DNA of 64,000 bases, from positions 8,370,001 to 8,434,000 of the forward strand of contig CM035355.1 in assembly GCA_020137815.1 (NCBI GenBank), written 5' to 3'. The notes under the pieces were generated by a model. It was not told where the DNA came from and made no database searches. It saw nothing but the letters and a program-made list of their open reading frames with translations. Shown one piece after another: positions 11,226 to 38,900 of this stretch (its first letter is position 1; each line of letters starts with the position of its first letter). The DNA is from Hormiphora californensis (Eukaryota; Animalia; Ctenophora). The position numbers and the translations under genes were made by a program.

Positions 11226-13516
11226 GTGCATTGTGCACGGCTCAGAGTATGGAGCACTGATCCCTGATTAATCGAAGCTCTTAATTCATCAACAATTAAT
11301 TCATCAACACTTTTACACGATCACATCGTACCATTCTATTGACCCATCTATAGATATATGAATAATCTGAAGACGAGATCTGAGGATACTGAACCCCTTT
11401 CTCTGCACAGAATCTCTAATCTCTCCAGACATGGTGTACACCTAAGCACCGGTATCTTCACAGCTGCAGCGGCTGGTAGGCGAATAGGAAAACCGAAAAC
11501 ACCTAAAAGAGTGTGCCTCTTTTCTACAAATCAACAAACTAGGATCGAAAAGGCTGTCAGGAAGATTTAGCGTGTTGAAAGACGCAGGTGTTAATTTCTA
11601 GAACAATCAGACATGACAATGTGCATCCTAAGGAGTCGCATTCGCAGTACATATATATATTCGCAGGGAATGGCAGGGAATTCGCAGTATAATATCAACA
11701 GTGATGAGCCCTAAATAAACAACACACAAAGTGAATGAATTCTGTCGGCTGCCAGGCGACACGTTGCCATAACAACAAAAGCATAACGTATCATTTACAT
11801 GGCAACATTATAATATGACCTCTTCGACCAGTCAAATAGTAACGGACCTCCATTATTATATACCCAATGATTCCGTCTCCATCTTATATAATACCTCCCC
11901 GGTATAATTTGACACCATGAAGAAAATAACACATAGCTGGGACTCTAATCCAAGAACTGGGTGGCAGGGTCTGAATCAAATTCATTATACCACATATTTA
12001 ATGCCATTCACACATCTATGATTCCTAAATTCCATAAACACTGTAGATTAAAGAGTATGTGGAGGATGCGGGTAGTATTGAACATGCCACAGAGCGAGTA
12101 TATAATGGCTCCTCCGAGTGTGGCTCCTTCATATTTCACTGGCATTATATAATATCCATTCAGAAGCATCAAATTATCACTTCATATCCCCATCTTTTAA
12201 TATCTTCCGTCAAAATCTATAGAGAAGTCAATCAGGAAACTTCGTAGAGAGAAACTGTCAAATGAATTCTTCATCACTACTTGAAGGGGTTTTTCCAGTG
12301 GCTGAAGGGTCTCTTCTATTATCTCATATCTCTCTCATATCTAATTGACGAAGCGGTCCTCTCCTACTTTGTGTGGTATCAATGTGTGTTATTATTGGGA
12401 TTTTGCTGGAAATATCTGGTATTCACCTGGTAGGTGATTACCTGATGAACACACGTCATGTACAGCTAATAGTATTATTTACTGTAGTGGTGTTTTAGTG
12501 AAATTATCATGCAAGGTAGAGGGAGGGTAAACAGAGGGTAAGGAACTTAGGGTTGGTTGGGGAGCTGGGGGGATATAAAAACTACGGGATAAATGACATT
12601 CAAAAAGGATTTAACACAATAATCGATAGTGCACGGTACAATATCGTAAAAACGTTAAAAAACTAAAAAATCAAACATTTTTAAGCAGGTGTCAGTTAAA
12701 TATATTCATTTGGAGTCAAACTAAAAGATCATTCATCTTGCTCTGAAAACGCTCACTCACTCGTGTTTTACCACACACACGCCGCACAGAGTGAGGTCTT
12801 ATAAGAAGAGGGAGATAGTGTACTCTCCAGTCAAATGGAGATAATGACTACCATGTTAACTCCTCAGTACTCACTATTATAAACTGCAATGAACTAACAC
12901 GGCACATAATCATGAGTAATGACTTATATCAGACATGTGCTGCTTAAAATGTGCAGTGCTTCATCGACTAACTCTGTGGAAATGGATCCCATGATCATTA
13001 GTGGTAATGATTGGTAATTAGTGGTAATGATTGGTAATGATTGGTAATGAGGGATAATGATGTAGAGATGGCATAAAATAATGTCTCGCTGCATGAGTTA
13101 TAATAATATGGAGAAATTATCCCTAGCTAGCATCTAGTGATGTAATGTAGGCCGATGGGATGAAAATTAAAATGATAAATCCCACAAGCATGCGGTCACA
13201 AACACACTGAAAGAAACACGGAAAACAAGACACAAGCTGATAAGACACAAGCTGATAAGACGATAATGTTTGTACCACACCCTTCTCTTATTTCTCCAAG
13301 GAGATATAAAAGAACTGTAAAAGAAGGGTCAAGTATAGACCCCGAGTACACTACTAACCTAACAAACTAGACAAGGTAGAAATATAACAACTAAAGCAAA
13401 CCTGTGAAGAGGCTGACAATAATACAATCAGCTCCCCTTTGAGAGAGGGACAGTTGTAATTTGTCTCCCCATTCAGAGATCTTGCCTTGCTCCACCCTCT
13501 CTCACTGCGTTGTAAT

Positions 13517-27456
<13,940 letters not shown>

Positions 27457-27791
27457 TGTGTTGGTACTGGTGTCTAGTGGAGACTGGTGGGCAGAAGAAG
27501 ATGGTGCTGGAAGGCAGCTGATCCTACTTGTGGCTGTCTAACCGGTTCCTACTGGCTACGTCACAGAGCTGCTCCTACTACTTTCACTATTTCTACTGGC
27601 TGGAGAGATTGTAGTTGGTGTCATGTCTGGTACAACAGGGTACTTTATCAGAAATTGAAACGCTAAATTGTGACAAAAATCATATCGCAACCCATTCAAA
27701 AATAAAACTTCAATAAACCAACTTTGGAATAAAAATACTGTTTTTATTGACTCGTCAAACTAAAAATTCTAAAAATCTAATCTCATTATGT

Positions 27792-29609
27792 TCATTTAGA
27801 TTTCTCATTCTGTATTTCCTCTCTCTGAATGTGTGTTCTTATCCACAGATTGTTGGCTTCATACCCCATCCAAGTAGCCACAATGTGACAGAAGGTCGTC
27901 TCATAGCCATACCCAGACAACCTAAAGTGGGGGTGGTGTTTAGAATATTCTAGCGAGCGATATAGAAAGATAGGTGGTGTTTAGAATATTCTAGTGATTG
28001 TGCGTCAAAGGGTTCAGTTAGGGCAGACATTCCTCTCTGGAACGCCCATCCCCGTCATGGTTTCAGAATGTAGACTAATTACCTCAAATAGTATACATTG
28101 GTCCAGAGATAACAGGCAAATGTACCCCAAACTACCGCCCTGTTTGTAAGGCTCTTGTCTGCGGGGGTGTTACTCCACATCCGGTAAGCAAAACCAATCA
28201 TGGCACACCATACACCCGACACTCCAATACAGTGGATGAACAAACATGTTCCTGGATGGGGAGGAGGTAATTAACAGACAGACAAACAAACAAATGAACA
28301 AACAGACTAACAGACAAACTAACAGACAAACTAACAGACAAACTAACAGACAAACAGACAGACAAATAAACAGACAAACAGACAGACAAACAGACAGACA
28401 AATAAACAGACAGACAAATAAACAGACAACCAGACAGACAAACAAACAGACTGACAGACAGACAGACAGACAGACAAATGAGCGAACATACGAACGAACG
28501 AACAAACAAAAAAAAGAACAAACAAACAAACAAACAAATAGAACAAACAAACTAACAGACAAACTAACAGACAAACGAACAAACAAACAGACAGACTGAC
28601 AAACAGACAGACAAATAGACAAACTAACAGACAAACAAACGAACAGACATACAAACGAACGAACAAACTAACAGACAAACAGACAGACAAACAAACAGAC
28701 AGACTGACAAACAGACAGACAGACAAATAGACAAACTAACAGACAAACAAACGAACAGACATACAAACAAACAGACAAACAGACAGACAAACTAACAGAC
28801 AAACTAACAGACAAACAGACAGACAGACAAACAAACAAACTAACAGACAAACTAACAGACAAACTAACAGACAAACTAACGGACAAACAGACAGACAGAC
28901 AAACAGACAGACAAACAGACAGACAAACAGACAGACAAACAGACAGACAAACAGACAGACAAACGAACAGACAAACTAACAGACAAACAGACAAACAGAC
29001 AGACAAACAGACAGACCCACCGATTTGCACGAAGAAGAGCAGGTAAAGGCATGAGATGGTGAACCAACAGAAATCCATGATTGTCCCAAATACTCGCAGT
29101 ACTGTCAAAGACCAGCAACAAATAGACAGTAGTATCATGGCGTAATTTATCTGTTAGAAAGCACGTTATTCATTCAAAACCAAAACTTAAAAGTTGGTTA
29201 ATCTAATAATGCATGTGGTTTTGGTTTGATTTGATTTGATTTGATTTGATTTGATTTGATTTGATTTGATTTGATTTGATTTGATTTGATTTGATTTGAT
29301 TTGATTTGATTTGATTTGATTTGATTTGATTTGATTTGATTTGATTTCAGATTTTGTTTGGTTTGATTTGATTTGATTTGATTTGATTTGATTTGATTTG
29401 ATTTGATTTGATTTGATTTGATTTGATTTGATTTGATTTGATTTGATTTGATTTGTTGTGGTTTGGTTTGGTTTGGTTTGGTTTGGTTTCGTTTGGTTTC
29501 GTTTGGTTTCGTTTGGTGTGGTTTGGTTATTTACCTGTATATCCTCCATACTTCCATTGTAAGTGAGGATGTCATAGATCTCACTAAAATAATAATCACT
29601 GGAGCCCAT
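27792..29609 (-). CDS. Uncharacterised multi-pass membrane protein (exons ~29535-29609, ~29020-29151, ~28083-28251, uncertain last exon ~27792-27950)
   Basis: Three exons join in frame by GT-AG: MGSSDYYF...EDIQ|INYAMILLSICCWSLTVLR...VQI|GTCLFIHCIGVSGVWCAMIGFAYRMW...YYL. No family recognised and the 3' end is ambiguous. Confidence 0.5.
28272..29016. repeat. Compound tetranucleotide microsatellite (GACA/AACA)n, intronic
   Basis: Directly visible; source of spurious VCLS/QTN ORFs. Confidence 0.95.
29218..29528. repeat. (TTTGA)n/(TTTGG)n pentanucleotide microsatellite, intronic
   Basis: Directly visible. Confidence 0.95.
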
Positions 29610-29982
29610 CCTGGAACACTAAACCATGGGATATTGTTATTTGGTTGTCATGGTAACCAATGGGACTAAAAACTCGTTAAATTAGTTCTTCTGAAAACTT
29701 ACAAACATTTGAATATAAACATTCATATAAATACAGTTTATACAGTTAAATAGTTTGCTATTTACAGTCTGGTCATTTGAATTACAAATATATTTACTTC
29801 TCTTTTTACTTCTGTCTCTTTTTACTTTTCCTATTTACCCTACTCTTTAATTTTAATACCGTTTACATTTATATGTGATACCCCTCTAATTATAATGTGA
29901 TACCCCCTAATTATTCAACATGCCTTCATCCCAATTCCTACATATCACTATTTCTCAGTCTCGCTCAGTCCCTCTCTCATTT

Positions 29983-32900
29983 TCAAGACACGGGGTGTAG
30001 GATGCGGGCATAGAGGCAATATTGGAGGAGGGGTATCACCTGGAGGCTGTTGATGTCGTGAAGAACTGCCTCTGCCTCAGAGGGCGAGGATACCTGTGGA
30101 GGGAAAGTAGTAAAGTGGCTTGTAGTGAGGGGGTGGGGAGTGGTTTGTCATGAGCCACCCTCGGTTTGGGATATTCAGGACCTATAATATAAACATCCCA
30201 TTAAATTACCTCCATAAGATTGTTCCGACGGAAAGCAAAGATGGCTACAGCGACCACTGGCAGGATTTCCAGTGTGTTGTACCCTATGATGCGATCCCAT
30301 AGCAACAGCAACTGAGATGTCTCCAGGTACCCTGGCAACGAGAGGAGGGATTTAGGATGAGGTGGGTTCTAGAAATTGAACATGATTTAGAGCCTTATTT
30401 TGAAACCTTTAGATTTGATATTGAGTGAAATTTAGAAACTCAAAACACACTATTTCGTGAAAAAACAAACAAAATATTTATAGACAAAACCAGTAAAAAC
30501 AGGTCCAACATCAATTCACCGAACCTCGATTTACGGGACAGACATACATTTCCCTCATTTTACAAAAAATAAAACCTATATTTAGCTTGGCTAGTGCACT
30601 TCGATTTACTGTGTAAAAACACCCCTTCCACCCTCCACCCCCACCCCCACCCCCACCCGAGGTGTCTGGCAAATCGATATTTCACTGTGTAAACTCCCTC
30701 ACAAACAATCACCTTCTGTGTGCCATTGAAAAATATCGTTCTTGTTAAAAATCATTTTTCAATTTAAACAACTTCGTAATCAATTATCAACGAAAACGTT
30801 TTTGTACCCGAAATAGCTATAGTCCATCTCATAATAATCATTAATTCTCTCTTGATCCCGTCTACTCAACTGCCCCATGTACTCCTCTACATTGATGTCA
30901 TCTGCATGATTTAGAAAGTATTCTTGATGTTTTTTGAGATTGAGTTGTTCTAAAAGAACTGGAATTTCTGACTTCATATTTTCCAGTTTAACAATAATGT
31001 CAATGTTATTTTGGCAGATGTCCAGCCATTCTGATATGGGTCTCCAGTGGACGTTATACGCCCTTTCGTCTCCTTTATCATCTGCATCAACGATAAACCG
31101 AACAAACTCAGAAAAAGTGGGCTCAGAAAGAAGGGGGTTGTCAGGGGATTGTTCTACCAGTTTATCGTCAATCCATAGATCCAACTCGTCTTCAAACTTT
31201 GTTCTCCGTTCTTCAGTCCAGCTGGGGTCATTTCGGCCCAAAATGATGGAAGGGCGAACCCACTGATCCTTTAGGGCTGACAACTCACCACGGTCCAATT
31301 GGGGTTTCTTAAAGTGAGCAATTAGTCTGGATAGAGGATGTCTGATAATTGTGAACCTCAAAGAATCATCAGGCTCTTTATCAAATTTACGAGATTTCTT
31401 TCCCCTTCCTGGCTTGGACTTTTTGTACTGTAGAATGAACCTGCTGAGCCTGGCAAGATTGTAATTCTGTGCATTGTGTGAGTAATGCCGGTCAATAAAG
31501 AACCGTTTCCACAGTTCACTACTCGCCCCAAAGAGAGGGAGCCAAGTGGCTCCAATGGCCGGGAAATAGTACATGTTACTTTGTTCAAAATTAGGAGACT
31601 CTTCAAATCTACACACCTCCTTTACCACATTATTACGCTCCTTGAACCGTTCAAAGACATCATCTGGTTCTGGCTGAAGGAACTCAATGGGACTGTCTAG
31701 TTGCTGGAATTTGTTCCTCTGCACCGGTACTGCTGCATCTTCCTTTGGTTCAATAACAACTCTCATTTCCTCTACAACTCCTTGGAAAGCATCTTGTGGA
31801 GGCTGCGGGGGGACAGGGCCCGTACTGACCCCAATACAGGCAGTACGGTCTCTATTGACAAAGTACCAATGTAGTGCCTCTTGGTTTGTTACGATCAGAT
31901 ACCAGAGAAATAGGGCAGAGAGAAAGATCAGGATGTTTAGGAGTCGATGAAATATCCACCCACTGTAGGGGAGGATTGAAAAACACCGGCTCATGTAGGA
32001 ATAACAAAGCAGGAAGGCTTCAGATTGTTGTAGAATCAGAGTGAACTGTGCGGATCAAAATATGGGCAAAGAATTCAATGTAAAGAGAGTTCTGGATTGC
32101 TTATTAAAGAGAGTTATGGATGATTGGGACCCTGCATGAGGAACTTAATTTACAAGGGGATCACTAAATAAACACACATAAAGAGTAATGTAGGCTTACT
32201 ATTAATATGAACTAGAAATTAGGAAGAGCAGAGGAACGAGCACTGATTCGAGTTACAAATGGTAGTCACGTGCCACATGTGTAACTGTCACCCCCACATG
32301 TCACATCCATGTGACATGACGTGGGTGACGTGTGACAGAATCTTTGTTTTCCCGGCATGTCTTTAGGACTAAGGTACTGTTGTAACGAGAGAAGGAGGAT
32401 CATCAAATTATGGACCATGATTGAGAATGAGAGTGAGGTGAGACTTTCATTCATAGATGCCAACTAGACTATACGTAAAGACGCACCACTTTGCTGAATC
32501 ACAAAACATAAAAAACTGTTCAAAAATAATACAGATCTGTACATTGGGGCGTAACAACGTTTTGTAAAACAATCATCAGGATTTTACCCTCATTATACAA
32601 CAAATCCCTCATCATGAATGAATCCCTTGGTTACAAACAAGCTCACTAATCAAGTTCAGAATCGGTTTCAACAAATATAGGTTGATACCCTAAAAATCTA
32701 TAATCCATCTTATAAAACCCGTTGATATCCTCCTGATCCTCTCTACTGAGTTGCCCCATGTAGTCCTCTACATTAATATCATCTTGACTATCTAGAAAGT
32801 AATCCTCGTGATCAGATAGATTGATTTCATCAAGTAACACGGGAATTTCTGATTTGGAGTTTTCCAGTTTAACAATAATATCAATGTCATTTTGGCAGAT

Positions 32901-35900
32901 GTCCAGCCATTCTGATATGGGTCTCCAGTGGACGTTATACGCCCTATCGTCTCCATCTTCGGATCTATCAATAATAAACCAGACAAACTCAGGGAAAGTG
33001 GGTGCAGCGAGTAGGGGGTTGTCAGGTGATTGTTCCGGAGTTAGTTTCCCATCAATCCATAGATCCAACTCGCCTTCAAACTTCGCTCTCTGTTCATCAG
33101 TCCAACTGGGGTCATTTCGGCCCAAAATGATGGAAGGGCGAACCCACTGGTCCTTCAAGGCTGTCAGTTCACCACGGTCTAATTGGGGTTTCTTGAAGTG
33201 AGCAATTAGCCGGGATAGGGGATGTCTGATAATTGTAAACCTTAGAGAATCATCTGGTTCTCTTCGCATTCGACGTGTTTTCTTGCCCGACCATCTCCTA
33301 GACGATCTGTATCTTTGTAGCAAGAACCTGCTCAACTGACCAAGGTTGTACTGATCAGGGGCAGATCTTCGTTTCACGTTGTACTGATCAATGAAGAACT
33401 TCTTCCACAAGGCAGTAGTCGCCCCAAATAAGGGCATCCAAGTGGCTCTAAGATTCGGGAAATAGTACATGCTACTCGTCTGAAAGTCCGGATTCCCCTC
33501 CAGCTCACAAAGATCCTTTATCACCTTGTTTCGCATCTCAAACCTTGTCAGTACATCCTGGAACTGCTCCGTTGCCTCTATAATATCTTGCGGTGGGTTA
33601 GTGTCTACATCATGGTCCTCTGGAGATACTGGACCTTCCTGTAGAGGTTGTCGGTTACCATGGTAACCAGGAGATACTGGACCTTCTTGTACAGGTACAT
33701 GTTGTGGGTTACCATGGTAACCAGGAGATTCTGTATTCTCACTCTTCATTTTGAACCCAATTGGGCGGACTGCAGGTGGCTGGAATTTGTTCATTTTCAC
33801 ACGATCAGAAGGAACGATTCCCTGGAAAATATCCCTCATGGGTTGTGCATTATCCTCATCAAGAGCAGCTCTATGGACAAAATACCAGTGGTTTGTTATA
33901 ATCAGATAGCAGAGAAACAGGGCGGAGAATAAGATGAAGATGTTCAGGAGTCGATGAAATACCCATCCACTGTAGGGGAGGATCACAAAATAACGTGCCA
34001 TGACAATAATGCCCTGATCTTTGAAAGATATGAAACAGTTATTGTCGATCCTGCAACATGCATGCTGTCCTGCACATGGGTTACCACGTGATTATGTGCA
34101 ATGCATAATATGCATGTCACCTACAGGCTACAACTAATAGTAGTTGTAAAAGATTTCAGCTTATCCGCAGAACACCATTTGGAGCCTGAGTAGTGCATAG
34201 AGGACAGTCTTATATATTCTAGAGAAATAGGACCATAGTGCGTAGAGGACAGTCTTATATATTCTAGAGAAATAGGACCATAGTGCGTAGAGGACAGTCT
34301 TATATATTCTAGAGAAATAGGACCATAGTGCGTAGAGGACAGTCTTATATATTCTAGAGAAATAGGACCATAGTGCGTAGAGGACAGTCTTATATCTTCT
34401 AGAGAAATAGGACCATAGTGCGTAGAGGACAGTCTTATATATTCTAGAGAAATAGGACCATAGTGCGTAGAGGACAGTGTTATATATTCTAGAGAAATAG
34501 GACCATAGTGCGTAGAGGACAGTCTTATATATTCTAGAGAAATAGGACCATAGTGCGTAGAGGACAGTCTTATATATTCTAGAGAAATAGGACCATAGTG
34601 CGTAGAGGACAGTCTTATATATTCTAGAGAAATAGGACCATAGTGCGTAGAGGACAGTCTTATATATTCTAGAGAAATAGGACCATAGTGCGTAGAGGAC
34701 AGTCTTATATATTCTAGAGAAATAGGAACCATAGTGCGTAGAGGACAGTCTTATATATTCTAGAGAAATAGGACCATAGTGCGTAGAGGACAGTCTTATA
34801 TATTCTAGAGAAATAGGACCATAGTGCGTAGAGGACAGTCTTATATATTCTAGAGAAATAGGACCATAGTGCGTAGAGGACAGTCTTATATATTCTAGAG
34901 AAATAGGACCATAGTGCGTAGAGGACAGTCTTATATATTCTAGAGAAATAGGACCATAGTGCGTAGAGGACAGTCTTATATATTCTAGAGAAATAGGACC
35001 ATAGTGCGTAGAGGACAGTCTTATATATTCTAGAGAAATAGGACCATAGTGCGTAGAGGACAGTCTTATATATTCTAGAGAAATAGGACCATAGTGCGTA
35101 GAGGACAGTCTTATATATTCTAGAGAAATAGGACCATAGTGCGTAGAGGACAGTCTTATATATTCTAGAGAAATAGGACCATAGTGCGTAGAGGACAGTC
35201 TTATATATTCTAGAGAAATAGGACCATAGTGCGTAGAGGACAGTCTTATATATTCTAGAGAAATAGGACCATAGTGCGTAGAGGACAGTCTTATATATTC
35301 TAGAGAAATAGGACCATAGTGCGTAGAGGACAGTCTTATATATTCTAGAGAAATAGGACCATAGTGCGTAGAGGACAGTCTTATATATTCTAGAGAAATA
35401 GGACCATAGTGCGTAGAGGACAGTCTTATATATTCTAGAGAAATAGGACCATAGTGCGTAGAGGACAGTCTTATATATTCTAGAGAAATAGGACCATAGT
35501 GCGTAGAGGACAGTCTTATATATTCTAGAGAAATAGGACCATAGTGCGTAGAGGACAGTCTTATATATTCTAGAGAAATAGGACCATAGTGCGTAGAGGA
35601 CAGTCTTATATATTCTAGAGAAATAGGACCATAGTGCGTAGAGGACAGTCTTATATATTCTAGAGAAATAGGACCATAGTGCGTAGAGGACAGTCTTATA
35701 TATTCTAGAGAAATAGGACCATAGTGCGTAGAGGACAGTCTTATATATTCTAGAGAAATAGGACCATAGTGCGTAGAGGACAGTCTTATATATTCTAGAG
35801 AAATAGGACCATAGTGCGTAGAGGACAGTCTTATATATTCTAGAGAAATAGGACCATAGTGCGTAGAGGACAGTCTTATATATTCTAGAGAAATAGGACC

Positions 35901-38900
35901 ATAGTGCGTAGAGGACAGTCTTATATATTCTAGAGAAATAGGACCATAGTGCGTAGAGGACAGTCTTATATATTCTAGAGAAATAGGACCATAGTGCGTA
36001 GAGGACAGTCTTATATATTCTAGAGAAATAGGACCATAGTGCGTAGAGGACAGTCTTATATATTCTAGAGAAATAGGACCATAGTGCGTAGAGGACAGTC
36101 TTATATATTCTAGAGAAATAGGACCATAGTGCGTAGAGGACAGTCTTATATATTCTAGAGAAATAGGACCATAGTGCGTAGAGGACAGTCTTATATATTC
36201 TAGAGAAATAGGACCATAGTGCGTAGAGGACAGTCTTATATATTCTAGAGAAATAGGACCATAGTGCGTAGAGGACAGTCTTATATATTCTAGAGAAATA
36301 GGACCATAGTGCGTAGAGGACAGTCTTATATATTCTAGAGAAATAGGACCATAGTGCGTAGAGGACAGTCTTATATATTCTAGAGAAATAGGACCATAGT
36401 GCGTAGAGGACAGTCTTATATATTCTAGAGAAATAGGACCATAGTGCGTAGAGGACAGTCTTATATATTCTAGAGAAATAGGACCATAGTGCGTAGAGGA
36501 CAGTCTTATATATTCTAGAGAAATAGGACCATAGTGCGTAGAGGACAGTCTTATATATTCTAGAGAAATAGGACCATAGTGCGTAGAGGACAGTCTTATA
36601 TATTCTAGAGAAATAGGACCATAGTGCGTAGAGGACAGTCTTATATATTCTAGAGAAATAGGACCATAGTGCGTAGAGGACAGTCTTATATATTCTAGAG
36701 AAATAGGACCATAGTGCGTAGAGGACAGTCTTATATATTCTAGAGAAATAGGACCATAGTGCGTAGAGGACAGTCTTATATATTCTAGAGAAATAGGACC
36801 ATAGTGCGTAGAGGACAGTCTTATATATTCTAGAGAAATAGGACCATAGTGCGTAGAGGACAGTCTTATATATTCTAGAGAAATAGGACCATAGTGCGTA
36901 GAGGACAGTCTTATATATTCTAGAGAAATAGGACCATAGTGCGTAGAGGACAGTCTTATATATTCTAGAGAAATAGGACCATAGTGCGTAGAGGACAGTC
37001 TTATATATTCTAGAGAAATAGGACCATAGTGCGTAGAGGACAGTCTTATATATTCTAGAGAAATAGGACCATAGTGCGTAGAGGACAGTCTTATATATTC
37101 TAGAGAAATAGGACCATAGTGCGTAGAGGACAGTCTTATATATTCTAGAGAAATAGGACCATAGTGCGTAGAGGACAGTCTTATATATTCTAGAGAAATA
37201 GGACCATAGTGCGTAGAGGACAGTCTTATATATTCTAGAGAAATAGGACCATAGTGCGTAGAGGACAGTCTTATATATTCTAGAGAAATAGGACCATAGT
37301 GCGTAGAGGACAGTCTTATATATTCTAGAGAAATAGGACCATAGTGCGTAGAGGACAGTCTTATATATTCTAGAGAAATAGGACCATAGTGCGTAGAGGA
37401 CAGTCTTATATATTCTAGAGAAATAGGACCATAGTGCGTAGAGGACAGTCTTATATATTCTAGAGAAATAGGACCATAGTGCGTAGAGGACAGTCTTATA
37501 TATTCTAGAGAAATAGGACCATAGTGCGTAGAGGACAGTCTTATATATTCTAGAGAAATAGGACCATAGTGCGTAGAGGACAGTCTTATATATTCTAGAG
37601 AAATAGGACCATAGTGCGTAGAGGACAGTCTTATATATTCTAGAGAAATAGGACCATAGTGCGTAGAGGACAGTCTTATATATTCTAGAGAAATAGGACC
37701 ATAGTGCGTAGAGGACAGTCTTATATATTCTAGAGAAATAGGACCATAGTGCGTAGAGGACAGTCTTATATATTCTAGAGAAATAGGACCATAGTGCGTA
37801 GAGGACAGTCTTATATATTCTAGAGAAATAGGACCATAGTGCGTAGAGGACAGTCTTATATATTCTAGAGAAATAGGACCATAGTGCGTAGAGGACAGTC
37901 TTATATATTCTAGAGAAATAGGACCATAGTGCGTAGAGGACAGTCTTATATATTCTAGAGAAATAGGACCATAGTGCGTAGAGGACAGTCTTATATATTC
38001 TAGAGAAATAGGACCATAGTGCGTAGAGGACAGTCTTATATATTCTAGAGAAATAGGACCATAGTGCGTAGAGGACAGTCTTATATATTCTAGAGAAATA
38101 GGACCATAGTGCGTAGAGGACAGTCTTATATATTCTAGAGAAATAGGACCATAGTGCGTAGAGGACAGTCTTATATATTCTAGAGAAATAGGACCATAGT
38201 GCGTAGAGGACAGTCTTATATATTCTAGAGAAATAGGACCATAGTGCGTAGAGGACAGTCTTATATATTCTAGAGAAATAGGACCATAGTGCGTAGAGGA
38301 CAGTCTTATATATTCTAGAGAAATAGGACCATAGTGCGTAGAGGACAGTCTTATATATTCTAGAGAAATAGGACCATAGTGCGTAGAGGACAGTCTTATA
38401 TATTCTAGAGAAATAGGACCATAGTGCGTAGAGGACAGTCTTATATATTCTAGAGAAATAGGACCATAGTGCGTAGAGGACAGTCTTATATATTCTAGAG
38501 AAATAGGACCATAGTGCGTAGAGGACAGTCTTATATATTCTAGAGAAATAGGACCATAGTGCGTAGAGGACAGTCTTATATATTCTAGAGAAATAGGACC
38601 ATAGTGCGTAGAGGACAGTCTTATATATTCTAGAGAAATAGGACCATAGTGCGTAGAGGACAGTCTTATATATTCTAGAGAAATAGGACCATAGTGCGTA
38701 GAGGACAGTCTTATATATTCTAGAGAAATAGGACCATAGTGCGTAGAGGACAGTCTTATATATTCTAGAGAAATAGGACCATAGTGCGTAGAGGACAGTC
38801 TTATATATTCTAGAGAAATAGGACCATAGTGCGTAGAGGACAGTCTTATATATTCTAGAGAAATAGGACCATAGTGCGTAGAGGACAGTCTTATATATTC

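Noticed and set aside
28170-29669. VCLS / QTNR / NQIKS repeat proteins
   Set aside because: Microsatellite translations inside introns.
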